Shown here in pieces: positions 1 through 12,500 of a stretch of 64,000 nt of DNA; positions within the stretch are counted from its first letter, which is position 1; each line of letters opens with the position of its first letter. Made by a program: the position numbers and the translations under genes. The DNA is from Botryllus schlosseri (taxonomy: Eukaryota), in the NCBI GenBank assembly GCA_051294905.1, contig CM119372.1, positions 9,798,001-9,862,000 on the forward strand, read 5' to 3'. The notes beneath the pieces were generated by a model. The model ran no database searches. It was not told the origin of the DNA and was given only the letters and a program-made list of their open reading frames with translations.

Positions 1-245
1 GGTAGTGGTAGGAGCAAATGACGCTTATCGAAGTAGGCTTGAATTCCTGCCTTCTTACTCTGCATTCCCAAGCCTTCCTTTACTTTCCGTTTGAAGGAAA
101 TGAATGGAAAGAACTGTTCTTCCTCCGTTTATTGCCATTGGTGGCATGGCATTTATAAACACAGCAGTGTTTCGGCATTAATTTGAGTATATGTTACTAA
201 TTATTTTATTTCCTTCCTAATTCCATTATTGATGAATAAATAAAC
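1..245 (+). mobile_element. Probable 3' end of a non-LTR retroelement
   Basis: T-rich 3'-UTR-like stretch ending in GAATAAATAAA; no coding evidence. Confidence 0.3.
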
Positions 246-567
246 AGTTAACTATAATCTTGTCGTTTTTATGCCGTCAACACGGCTATAGGAATACATC
301 GTAGTGCCAACTAGGCTTAGGTAAATGCAGCGTCCTCCGTTGCTGCGCCGTTTCTATGGCCATTGTCTCTCGACCAATCAGCGTAAAGTTTGGTTTACGG
401 CCGTATACATAGATCGTATTTAATGAATGTACTTCAACGACACCAATGTCTCTTCAAATCCATTTCTCGCCAACGTGGATTTGAGATTAGCATTGTCGCA
501 CAGGCGCCGCCATGTCTGTTTCTCTCTGATCAATCAACACATGGTGCAATCATAGTGTCGTATATGG

Positions 568-2090
568 CAGTGGTCGGGAACCTATGGCTCGCGAGCCATA
601 TATGGCTCTTTTGGGTATAAGATATGGCTCTTTGACACATTTTTATTTTTGTACTGAATTGATCAATATTGCAGCAACTTGTTAGTAAATTTTCATTACG
701 ACCAGAATAATTATTCCCTTGGCAGTAGAAACATGTCTTTGAGAGGTAAAGGCAATGCCGTCTTCAAGGCTTAGGGGCTTGAACTCTTTTCAAAATCCTC
801 AAATTTAAGTTACTGTCGCGCCGACGACCAATATCACTCGCGAATTCGAGGTAGCCTACCCGACTTTAAATCTTGGATTGATTAAAGAGAATAGTTGACA
901 TAGAGACACCAATATGACAACGCAGTTTTCAAACACACATTTGTCTTCCTGATCTACGGCGCGAAATTAACTGCCGTTGACGTGACATTCACAATTACAA
1001 ACTCGAGTTACAAACAACACCATCGCTATCCAGCACGTTCTTGTTTGGCAAGTAGCTCTACCGGCGATACAATAGGCGTGTAGCGCAACGTTATATGTTA
1101 CGGCTGAATACTTTGAGGATTGGGAAATCGATCAGTATTTAGATTTTCGGAATCAGTGCCACTGTTACATTGGATAAATATCAGTTATAATAAATTCTAA
1201 GCTATTTACGATGACTGAATTTATCAATGGTGATCGAGGCTTGGCTGGTCTGTGCCTTACCTCCCATTTCGCGCTTTATTTTCGATTAATAAAATGCAAA
1301 TTGTGTGAATTTGGGAGAAAAATGTTCAAAATCTAGTCATTCATGAATATCAATAGAAAATAACAATAACAATTGAAGGTTTCAAAATCTTCGTTAACAG
1401 CTTAGATTGGGTAGGCCTATAAATAGATTGATGTAGTGACCATGTTTGGCTCCACCTATACGCATGTGATCATGGGTTCTCGCATTTGAAAGGAGCATCA
1501 CGGCGAACCTACGTTCTCGTAACTCAAATTTCGCATGCTCAAGTAAGGCAACCAGCATGATTAGTTCGAGTTTGTACAGAGAAAATATGGCGCGGACGAC
1601 GAATCCCGTGTAGAGAGTTAAGCGACACGGCCGCGACACCAATGGTTGTTGGTTCGAATCTTGGCTCTGCCATGTTTCTATGTGTCGGAGGTTTATCTGG
1701 GCCCCTCATCGCCGATCCCGCTGTTAACGCAGCGTGTTAAAAAGCCCAGAAGAGGAGTGAGTCGAGCTCCAGAGTCGGCAGCAGAGACCACAAATAGGAC
1801 GCACGAATGCGAGAGAGAATGAGAGTGCGCGTGCTAGTAGAAGACGTCCCCGAGACCCAAAGCAATGACATTGAAATTTACGAAATGTACTGTCGTGACG
1901 AACAAGGCCTGAACAGGCGTTAAGCGCCACTGTCGTTGTGTGATGATAATAATAATTATTACTACCATGACGTCAGATATTTTCAATTGTGACGTAACAT
2001 CTGATTCACATGTATGGCTCTTTGAGAGGTAAAATGAAAAAAAATGAGGCAAATATGGCTCTTCGGACAAAAAAAGGTTCCCGACCACTG
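568..2090. mobile_element. Non-autonomous hAT-type element containing a SINE
   Basis: 16-bp TIR CAGTGGTCGGGAACCT; perfect 8-bp TSD GTATATGG (560-567, 2091-2098); subterminal TATGGCTC repeats. Confidence 0.9.
1589..1962 (+). mobile_element. tRNA-like SINE, family 1
   Basis: B-box-like GGTTCGAATC, (AAT)n tail, homologous along its length to 63513-63851. Confidence 0.75.
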
Positions 2091-2091
2091 G

Positions 2092-2733
2092 TATATGGTG
2101 TGGGCACAAGCAAATCTCACGGCTCTGTGAAATTGTTCTACGTCACACTTTCCATTTGGTTAAAGGCAATTTGACGGTAAATTTTGACTGGCTTGCCGAG
2201 CATTAAATTTGATAAAATTGGTATCAATCGAAAGCTATACCGTGGTACTGACTTTGAAAAGATAAATTTTATTCTGCTCGTGGTCCTGGAACCTCCCAAA
2301 ACCAGCTTCGAATGTTGCATTGTAACGGAGTTGGGTATTGTGAAGCAACCATGCCGTCTGGGAGCAGGTGAGAAGCAGCGTAAACCGCAAGCGTATTGGT
2401 CATTGTTGCACAACCGATTGAGCATTCACACTCTCACTCTCGTGCGCACTTGCTCCTGAGCGGCTCAGACGGCATGTGGTTGCGTCACAATACCTAACTC
2501 CGTTACAATGCCACATTCGAGGGTGATTTTGAAGGATCCAGGACCACGAGCAGAATAAAATTTATATTTTCGACATCTGTACCACGGTAGCTTTCGATTG
2601 ATACTCATTTTATCAAATTTATAGCTCGGCAAGCCGGTCAAAAATTACCGTGAAATTGCCTTTGCCCAAATGAAAAGTGTGACGTAGGCCTATTTCACTG
2701 AGTCGTGAGATTTGATTGTATCAACACCATATA
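2092..2733. mobile_element. Foldback/MITE with ~290-bp imperfect inverted arms
   Basis: 2092-~2380 is the reverse complement of ~2445-2733 (e.g. ATTTTATTCTGCTCGTGGTCCTGGA / TCCAGGACCACGAGCAGAATAAAAT); termini TATATGGTG...CACCATATA. Confidence 0.85.
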
Positions 2734-2829
2734 GGACACTATGGTGCAATCCATAATTAAGATTTCGAGGCGTTCGATAAGCCCGGTACCTCAAATTTAC
2801 CATGATAGCAATTCATTAGGGTTTAGTAG

Positions 2830-3108
2830 GTGGCGAGAGAGCGTAGTGGTACATTCCACAGCTACAACATACAACGCCAATGGGTTATGGGTTCGAGTCC
2901 GACCGAGGTCGACTCCAGAATTCCTACCAAAGAGTTAGAGGTTTATCTAGGCTCCTCCTCGCTATCTTATTCTCATAAGCGGTGTCTTACAAAAGCCTAG
3001 AGAAGTGTGCCGAGTTACAACTCGGCAGTTAGGGAATCAAGAATAAGAAGTATCGGCCTGCTGTAAATGCCCATTGTAGTGGTCAAACACCATGATTACC
3101 ACAAACAA
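2830..3108 (+). mobile_element. tRNA-like SINE, family 2
   Basis: A-box-like AGCGTAGTGG, B-box-like GGTTCGAGTCC, CAA-rich tail, ~16-bp TSD CATTAGGGtTtAGTAG / CATTAGGGcTgAGTAG; second copy at 10863-11150. Confidence 0.8.
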
Positions 3109-3479
3109 CATTAGGGCTGAGTAGCCTACAACGTAAATGCCTATAATGCATGTATTCTCGCTTCGAGGAACGCGTAATCTCCACTCTCGTACGCTGCGCA
3201 CATACATAGACTATATAATAACATGCACTCACTAAAATTCGACGTATAGTAAGCAAGTCTCGGCAGACTGGAGCCGCAATGGCCACATTATCATGTAGGA
3301 CGGGAAACTGTCCGCGGGCCGGACAAAATCCCTTCGCGGGCCGGATCCGCGAGTGTGGAAGTCGTCCGGAAAGAATACGAAAGCAAAGATCCTGAACATT
3401 ACTAATATCATTGTCGTGGAGTACATGACCTTAATAGGCGATAAACACCGCTGTTGTATGTGTTATAATAAACCAAAAA

Positions 3480-3671
3480 TAAACCCGCCCGAGCGTTACT
3501 TCGGCTGATTTACGGCATCTCAGTCGATTTTGGCCGTAAATTTGACCTAGATTCTCACAAAAAGAGGACAAAATCTCAAAAAAGAGGACAAAAGGGCGTC
3601 CTCCAAGGACGCTTTCAAAAAAGTCAAAAAAGAGGACAAATCCTCTTAAAAGAGGACGTATGGTAACCCTA
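3480..3671 (-). mobile_element. Partial TAGGGTTACCATA-family hAT MITE
   Basis: Ends GAGGACGTATGGTAACCCTA; reverse-complement similarity to 4766-5026, with GAGGAC subterminal repeats. Confidence 0.7.
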
Positions 3672-3951
3672 CCTAATATAAGGTTGTATCGTGACCGGTA
3701 GCGCTTTTGACATCGATTCGACTTATTAGCAATTTTTATCAGTTCAGTACACCACAAAAATTGCGATACAATGAAAAGATAGGATGGACCATGTTGCAAG
3801 TGTCGTGACGAATCGGTGCGCTCAGCGCTCAAAGACCGCTACTATTAGCTTCCAAAGTCCTGTTGAGCATTGGGAAGTACCCTGCTCAGTTGAGTAATTA
3901 AATGTGTTCCTGGTAAAGATTAATAAATGCGAGAAGATCATATATGTAGAT

Positions 3952-4222
3952 TAGGACTGTTCATAATTTTCTCCCCCAAATTTTACTGATCAATTGATAA
4001 AATCGTTAGATTACCAAACGGATCGCGGCACATCAAATTTGGCTCAATTCCAACCCGTAGAAGCGTTGCTATCAGAGGAGAAAGTTTCGGAGCAATCACA
4101 TAAAAATGAAACATTTCAAAATTTAACTGCCTACCACGTGAAGTTGTTACGTTGTTTAATGAAAAACGACACATAGCAAATTTGACTCAATTTCAATTTG
4201 ACGTCATTTTTGAACAGCTCTA
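3952..4222. mobile_element. hAT MITE, TAGGGCTGTTCA family
   Basis: Termini TAGGACTGTTCA...TGAACAGCTCTA; perfect 8-bp TSD ATGTAGAT; internal similarity to 17440-18106 and 53787-54242. Confidence 0.8.
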
Positions 4223-4351
4223 ATGTAGATTTGACCCGTTCGGTACACCCCTCTCCTGACTCAGCGAGTCGTAGAAATGATCATCTCAAATATACTTGTG
4301 TCGCACGCCTACAAACCTTCCAGTCTGTTCTTTTATTCTTGTAGAACTTAC

Positions 4352-5364
4352 TTTACAGAAAAAATTAGGAGGTATCCATACATCAAAGCCCACTGTCCTT
4401 CTGTACCAGAATAGCGGGCTTATCAATGCCGACATTAAATCGGAAACGCACAGCGAGGTGATAAACAGCATGAACACATTTCTGTAAAAGACAAATGTGA
4501 AGCGATATGAAAATTTGTATATTTTTTCTTCTAATTTACGCAAACCTCAATTTCTGACTCTTCCGTATAACTAAAATTGTCATAGTGTTCAGAAGGATCC
4601 CGATCACGCAAAAGAGGAAAATGATGATTCCGGAAAATATGGTAACCCCATCGGTAAAGGGCCGCACGTAACTCCTGTAAATTGAGGAACTTTTTTTGGC
4701 AAAATTCTGAACACGGGAATGAGAGTTTTGGCAGATTACATGTCTACTTGCGATGAATTTAAAGCTAGGGTTACCATACGTCCTCTAGGAGGATTTTTCT
4801 TCCTTTCAGTTTTTTGAAAATGTCCTCCGAGGACGCCTAAATGCCCTCATTTTTGAGATTTTGTCCTCTTTTTTGAGAACTTTGCTCAAATTTACTGTCA
4901 AATTGAACTGAGATACCGTAAATTAGCACCGAAGTAAAGCTCCGGCGGGTATTTCAAGATTTTTCTCCGGTATTCTAAGTTTGAAAAAGTGTCCCCCTTT
5001 ACCGATTCCAAAATATGGTAACCCTATTTAAAGCACGAATACTAATATAGATTTCTGTTGTCGCTATGCCATTGCAAATACTGAATTTTAGAGAATAACA
5101 CGATAAGCGGTAACAACTTTTAACCGTGATTTTGTTTTTCATGTCCTAATTCTAACAGTTGCTTTTAATATACGAATACTTATTGTAAACCCTGTTTATC
5201 GAGAATGCAATGTGACAAGTTTAACTATAAAATACACAGATATATATGACTTCGAAGATGGCATCTTCAAGCCAATTTCACAAATATAATCAGTCTGTTG
5301 TCTATACTTACTCTTGCGTGGTCAAGTTTGGATATGACATCGTGGACAAATTGTAACTGGACAT
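4352..5364 (-). CDS. Class A GPCR paralog A, 5' part only (exons 1-3; N-terminus to start of TM3)
   Basis: Exons 5312-5364 (MSSYNLSTMSYPNLTTQ), 4546-4674 (ESYVRPFTDGVTIFSGIIIFLFCVIGILLNTMTILVIRKSQKLR), 4352-4481 (NVFMLFITSLCVSDLMSALISPLFWYRRTVGFDVWIPPNFFCK). GT-AG junctions with the same phases and lengths as paralogs B-D. Exon 4 not found in 1-4351. Confidence 0.85.
4766..5026. mobile_element. hAT MITE (TAGGGTTACCATA termini) in intron 1 of paralog A
   Basis: TIR TAGGGTTACCATA; perfect 8-bp TSD TTTAAAGC (4758-4765, 5027-5034). Confidence 0.9.
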
Positions 5365-5450
5365 CCTTCGGAATGTTAGAATATGATACAGAGTTCAATA
5401 TATGCCTATATTAAGTACATATATTACCAAATAGATACACGGTAAAGCAT

Positions 5451-7341
5451 CAGTGGCGGCTCGTCCTATAGGGCAACTGGGGCATTGCCCCACCTAAAAT
5501 TCTGTTCAATAACAATTCTTTACCATTTATAGACGCACACCTATCTATATAAACCGAAATCACAGCGAAAATCGTATACTTCTTGTCCTTTCGCATGTAA
5601 ATGCCCATATATAGCGAAGTCTATGCGAAAATCAAATTCTCTTCTGTGTTTTCGCTTTGCGAATGCCTAGCCGGGGCTTGCCCCGGTAGCGCTCATAACA
5701 AGCTTTCACTGTCTATTCTCTCAAAACCGCGCATAATAAAGAAACGGTGATTTACTCTCTCCTATTCATAAAATTACCGAGCAACCGGGGCACGATAGCT
5801 CTGTGCCCTTAAGGTGTGATGTAACAATCGTATCTATAGCTGAACTCTGTTACCGTCATATGCGTTTAGTCGACCTTTGTTGGTATAGGTCGATTTTAAT
5901 GGGGTTTCACACCATGAAAACTCTTGAAACTTGTTATGTCATGTCGTGATGGTGGTATTTAACACTGCCCCAAGTTTCAGGGTTTCTACTTAAAGTTTAG
6001 GGTAGTAATTCCGTTTCCGAAGTTGAGTGTGTGCTGATCCGTCATGTATCGCAAACAGATTTTACTCAAAAGCCGGTATTGGTATCCATTGGTTTTGACG
6101 GTGTTCAATACTGAGATCGGTTATGACATTTGGCACGGTAAGTCTTAATATTAGTATCGAACGCTGTACCAAGTTTTGAGTTTGTCACTGAACTGTGTTA
6201 GTGGTAATTTCGTTTCCTAATTCGAGTGAGAGCCGACTCGTCATTTATCGCTAACAGATTATACGCAAAGCCGGTATTGGTCTCTATTGATTTTAACGAT
6301 GCGCCTTACCTAGATCCGTCATAAGCTTTTGCACGGTATGTCTTGATTTTAGTATCGAACGCTGTGCCAAGTCTCAAGGTTGACACTCAATGATTAGGGC
6401 AGTAATTTCGTTATCAAGGTCGAGTATGGTAAAGATGTGCTCCGATCTGACACTTTAGCCTACAACACATTGCGGATTTCACTCAAAAGCCGGTGTATCT
6501 GCGGTAACGTTAAGTGAGATGATGATATCATTCTCAGTTTGCATTCAAATATTTACTTTGATCGTATATTCTCCAATGTCAATTTCACCGTGAAATTGTG
6601 GCCTTCAAGCCATTTGCGTACAACCCCTCGTCACTTGATCAGCCTATTCCTCAGTAAATTTTACGCAAAATTCGGTGTTGGTCTGTTCGCATTAATTTTG
6701 ACAGTGTACCATACCGAAAAGGGCCATGAGGCCACTTCTCGATAATGTCATGTAACAGTGTACCAAGTTTAAGGCTTTCATCCACGTATTTATTCGGTAA
6801 TATATTTTTCAAAGGCGATTTCGCAGCAGACCTATAAGACAGTAATAAAAACGTATGTGTCGTGTTACAGTCTCCAGTTTCAAGGCCAAAATCTCTTATG
6901 CTGTACCGAGACCAAATTTCCGAGGCTGCTATTCTTAGTCCTTTACAATGATGTTTTGGATTCAATAGGACAGGCCCAATCTATGAGATAACAATTGCGT
7001 ATCTGTCCGCATTCGTTGACCTTTCAAATTAGGCTTACGCTATCTCTCGAGTTATAGTCATTTCCATTTCTGCAGATAATTAGTCAGGTCTAATGCGAAC
7101 ATGAACCGTGTTGAATCTTTGTTCCGTACGCCGTTTACGCAGTTACCACACTTCAAGTCACAGCTCACCAGCGGACCTCTCGTGGCACATACGTTAAAAT
7201 CACTGTTGCCGGGAAATTCATGTTACCGTACCATCATTAAGTTACTTGTTTACGTTGGAAAACGCAATTGTGACGTCATCTTGATAAAAAGTCGCTTGCA
7301 GCCCTTGCCCCACCACCCGATATTGTCACGAGCCGCCACTG
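5451..7341. mobile_element. 1.9-kb non-autonomous hAT-type element just upstream of paralog A
   Basis: 14-bp TIR CAGTGGCGGCTCGT; perfect 8-bp TSD TAAAGCAT (5443-5450, 7342-7349). Confidence 0.9.
5900..6820. repeat. Degenerate ~198-bp tandem repeat (4-5 units)
   Basis: Anchor CCAAGT...GTAAT recurs at ~5969, 6169, 6367 and 6763; AAAGCCGGT recurs at ~6069, 6267, 6487. Confidence 0.7.
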
Positions 7342-9592
7342 TAAAGCATATAGGCAAGTGTCGTATAGGGTTAAATTGGAAATTGTGCCGAAACAGGAAA
7401 GTACACAGACTCTCCACAGCCATGAAAAGGAATGCCCTATTTACGCGCGACATTGTATTCTAACTGACTTAACGCCATTTCCCTATATGCTGGCTCATGC
7501 TAGTCTATACCTCAATTTTACTTCCAAAGGTAGGTCTACTCTACACCCCCGCCGCATGGGAGGCGAATGATACCATTGCCCCACCCAAATTTCCGACTTG
7601 TCCAATACGACGTCACCTTTGTTTACTAAGTCCCTATGGATCCATGGTGTCAATGTTGATAAATATGCGACCTTAGATGCAAATCCTGTAAAATTACTAT
7701 AGCAACCTTCAAGTAACTACCATATTTAATACGGGCAAATCATACATCGCTACACATACGCAACAAGTTTTCCGTTATGTAGCCTATACACTGATATCGA
7801 AATTGGTATATATATCGCCAGCTGATTTGTTGGTGCTTTGCTTCTTTTTTGTTTTCAGTGCATGCAGAAAATTCCGACAACTCATAGTCCTACAAATAAA
7901 AATTGCATGTGGGCGTTTCATAATTGCTCACAAGGCTCAGCGACGGCAAACGAGTGGACGGCAGTAGTAAAATACCGCTTTGCTTTTTCTTGTTTCTAAT
8001 GTATGTCAGAATTTCCGACTAGCGTTTAAAACTGCTTGTGGGCGGACGCGTAAGTTTTCACCGTCGACTGACGGCCTATGAGCTAGTATGAGCATGGTTG
8101 AACAGTTGCATGTTGAAACGGGGCCTTTGGGCAGCTAAACATATGAACATAACTTTCTAAAATTGCAATGTTTTCTTCACTAAATAGCGTGTTGAGGCCA
8201 ACAATACGGAAGGGCAGGCCTATACTTACATATCCCAACCCACGTTAGGGAAAATTTCATGGGGTACATCCAGGGATATCTAAATATCCCTGGGTACAGC
8301 ACACGCATCTAACGTTCTCTACATATGGAAACTTTAGTGCTAGCTTCCGTGTCACGAAAATTGAAATTTGATCAAGTAGTGTCAATGGAAAGTTACTGCG
8401 GTGCTGAATCCGAAAATGTGAAATATAGTTTGCTCATGCTGCTGATGCCTCCCTAAAATTACTCCGGAATTTGAAATTTCCATTGTGACGAACAATCGCG
8501 TTGGGGAGAACCAATTTTGTAGTCACTTTCATTGTTTCCTCAGCTCGGGGCGATAAGTGCATGGCAGAGATGGGAGTGCATTTGCATTTTGATAGGTAGG
8601 ATGAAATGCACCCGTCGCATGTAAATTGTGTTCAGGATATTAATCCCCTTCCAACATGTTGGCTCGGAGGAAGTTTGCGAATCGGGGTTAGTTGAGTTGA
8701 CTCGCATTCCTTCGTAAAAGGAGCTTAGAATAGCGTAGAATATATAAACTAGAATCATTCTGTGACATTTCTGAATACAGTAAAACGACTTTATTTAAGA
8801 AAATGAGTGCTGCACAGTGCACACAATAATGAGGAAGGTCAGTTATACAATCAAGACATAGCAACTGCCACACATAGCCTATACCGCAGCTTATCATATT
8901 GAACGGATGCGTACTTGCTTCTAAGGCTGAGAGTAAAAATAGCTCTGGTAAAAGACAGTAAGAGGATACTGACACGTATGAGTATTGTGTGATGAAGAGA
9001 TGTAGCTCTTCAACTTATCGCGGCATGGGCTGAATGTTTCGAAAAAATGAGAAAAATAAAATAAAATAACAAAATAAAAGTATCGCTGCATAGCTCTGAG
9101 ATATCAATGAACTTCTTGGATATATATCCCCAAACCTATTGCGAGCAAAAACAATTTATTATAGGAATGATAAATAGTACACTGATGATGGAGTCATATA
9201 CAATATACGCAATATAGGCCTACACTTGATAAATTTCTACATGCCTTTACGCTTGCGGCCGTATAGATATACGTGAAGTTTTGATCAGGTCACCCGGGTC
9301 TCGCTGTTGCGAGCTATATATATGTATAAATTGTACATTACATTGATTGAATGAAGTAGCCTACAAGTCGCTGATTACATGCTGACAGATTAGTCTGCAT
9401 AACTCGGATGCTGCAGATTCCGCGCGACCGAGCATAGTCGGCTACTATAGTCCGCCAATACTAAACGAATTCGTGCGGCCTGCGATAGTCAGGCGTACGA
9501 CATAAGTGAGGCAGAACACAGTTTGTCTTTTAAGAACACCAGTATGAAGAGATGTTTGTGAAACCATATCCTTTTCGTGAAAGCCACTGACT

Positions 9593-12500
9593 TTACAGTT
9601 CATTTGTGTCAAACGTTGAAGTGTTAGTTTCCGCTCGTGATCTTTTAATCTTGGTTCCCCTGCACCTGTTGCAAGCATCACTCACGTAGCGTTTCGTGTA
9701 CCTTCGCATTTTTGACGAGCTTATGTTGTAAAACACGGGATTCATGCACTCGGAAAATCGCAGGCAAAAATACTGGCAAAGTCCAAACCAGTAGTCAGCA
9801 ACCGGGTCGGCGTCGGTCTGTGTCGCCCAAAGTTCGTAAGCTGTACAATAACGAGACTAGGTTGAATCTGACATCACAACACATGCACTTCAAAGCAAGA
9901 GCTTACTGACGAATGGAAGATATCCAAATATGAAAGAGCACACAATCAGGATGAGTTGCAAAACGGCTTGTTTCTCTTTGCGCACTCTTTTTTTCATGGC
10001 CACGTCATCAGTCATAGTCGAGGACTTGGTACGGCTGTGCACCGACCGGCAGATCAACACAGAGACAATCGCAACGGTGAACATCGGTAATAGGATGAAA
10101 ATATTGTAGCTCGACAAAGAGAACATCTTGTACATTTCAATTCTGTCAGATATATTACGTTTTAATAATATGAAGCAGATAGAAAAGCTGTGGGCTTGCT
10201 TGACAGGTGTCTATATCGACTGGGTGACAGAGTCCAACTTATAAGTGACAGCTCATCATTTGAGTGACTTATTTTTTTTATTTTTTTTTTAATCGTTCAA
10301 GTGACAAATCATTTATGCGAACAATTGAAAAGTACCGTTTTGTTCTTTCGTTCGTGTTTGTTGAAGGATGCTAGATTGGCTTGTATTTCCCTAAATCACA
10401 GCATCGGTTGGTGGGACGATGTAAGAAAAAAATCCGTCGAGGCCATTAAGTCACGACGTAACTCCAGTGCTTCCAAACCTTTTTCAGTTCGCTACACACT
10501 TTTCATCCCGGTTTCGTTGTGTGGCTTACAATGAGATGGGACGGATGGGAACGTCACTCAACATCGCACTATGCGTCGTGTCAGTAACTAGTTAAAATGC
10601 TGACAAATGACTTTCCGCGATAATTCGGGAAAACGACTGTCTCAAGCTTACAAGAAAGCGCACATGTCTCTCTAACGTCGAACACAAAGGGGTTCAGAGT
10701 AGCTTTTTCCGGATGATTGTAACGAGAAATCCGATTGAATTGCCACATTTTTCGCTCAACGTTCGCAAAATCTTTGGAGGGTGGAAATAGTTACAAATCT
10801 CGGGCATACACAATAACACACTGCCAGATTTCACGCTCCAATCAAAATGACTAGGAATGATAGTTGTTTGTTGTTGTTTTTGATCATCATGGTATTTGTG
10901 GAGTACTATGGTCATTTACATCTGGCCGATATTTCTTATTTTTGATTCCGTATCTGCCGACTTGTAGCACGGCCCACTTCCAGGCTTTTTGTAAGACACC
11001 ACTTACGCGGATGATATGGCGAGGAGGAGTTCAGATGAACCTCCAACACTTAGGTAGGAATTCTGAAGTCGACCTCGGTCGGACTCGAATTCACAACCCA
11101 TTGGTGATGTAGCTGTGGAGTGTGCATTATACCACTACGCTATCTCGCCAAACACTAGGGATGGTGTGAACGTGGTGGGTTCTGGACTGTGAACCTTTTT
11201 CATATATTACAATTTTCAATACTTTACACCTTCAATATATTACAATTTACAATATTTTTTGGTTGGCCACTCCATGCATGGCGCTGGCAGCATAAAAAAT
11301 TAACACTAAAGGAGTTTGCTCGAAATATCCAGCTTTCCGTTTGTAAATATTTAGTGACTCTCTGCTGTGGGCTTGACCCGCAATCACACAACACCAAGAG
11401 CGAAATACGCTACATGTAGGTACTAGGTAATCATTGACATCGTCGGCAAATGTAAAAAATACACCAAGCGTACGGGGTCGATCTCGATTTCATATGTTTA
11501 TTGTATCATAAAAACCAAATCCATGCGATTGGGGTGTTGGCTACTGCCGTATAACTTGTTAATGGGGTAATATCGGTAGCAACTATAGAAAACTACATTC
11601 TGCTCAATATCAACGCAGCAACAATGAGACGCCGAATACATTATCCGGTCTGGCCTAGACCGTTAAGGCGTAAGCTTATATTCCCTTCCAAGTTCTCGAA
11701 GAAATTGTTGGCCAAGCGACGGAAGATATTGATTTTATGGGATTTTTATATCATTTGATTGTCCCAGTTGATACATTTGGTGACGTTTAAAAAGTCAGTA
11801 TGTACTTCAGCATTGTGGCATTGTGGCCCTGGTCGTCGTTAGGTATCGTGTACGTACGTACATTAATATATCACTTCACTGAAATGTAGGTTTGAAATTA
11901 GCAATATGACGTCACGTGACGTGATGAGGTTCGCGTTCGCGTTCACATAGAACCTTTCAAAAGGGCTCGGGCTCACACGAACCTGAACCTTTCGGAGGTT
12001 TACACCATCCCTAAAAATGACTGTCACGGAAAACTGGCTCACGAAATATTGTGAGCACGGGAAAAATGCGATTATGGGCGCAAAAAAAATTAATTTGAAG
12101 GATGAGAACGTATATTTGCTAGTCTAATCATGAGAAGATAAAGTATTTGACATATTTAGCAAATTGAATAGGAAACTGTATTGCTTAGAAATTCTTCGCG
12201 ACCCACCTGAAAAAGCTAGGTCGCGACCCCATAGGTTTGAGAGCACTGGTCTAAGGTGACATAATCAATTTCAGTAATTCGGGCAGTTCCAAGTCCACTA
12301 TTTGCGATATTATATAGAATTTACTCTTTTTTAATAAATTACCCAAGTTTACTATAAGCGTTGGAAGTACATTCCTTACGTTGCCAGCAGTAGTGTGCAA
12401 GCTGGCCATCTAGCGTTCGGTTCCCCACTGTATCGATCCCTCTTGACGCCTGGATCTGCACCGGTGAATAACCACATAGTAACGAAGCCGCACAGGAACG

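Noticed and set aside
2830..2905. tRNA gene
   Set aside because: A/B-box-like motifs are present but I could not form a convincing cloverleaf; the sequence continues into a SINE body with tail, TSD and a second copy.
3431..3832. 133-aa minus-strand ORF
   Set aside because: Runs across a MITE fragment and a retroposon 3' end; chance open frame.
8540..8975. Overlapping minus-strand ORFs between paralogs A and B as another gene
   Set aside because: No recognisable motif, no convincing splice chain and no counterpart in the other spacers.
9593..9840. Calling the receptors opsins
   Set aside because: Position 7.43 is Arg, not Lys, so no Schiff base is expected, and I recognise no other opsin-specific motifs.
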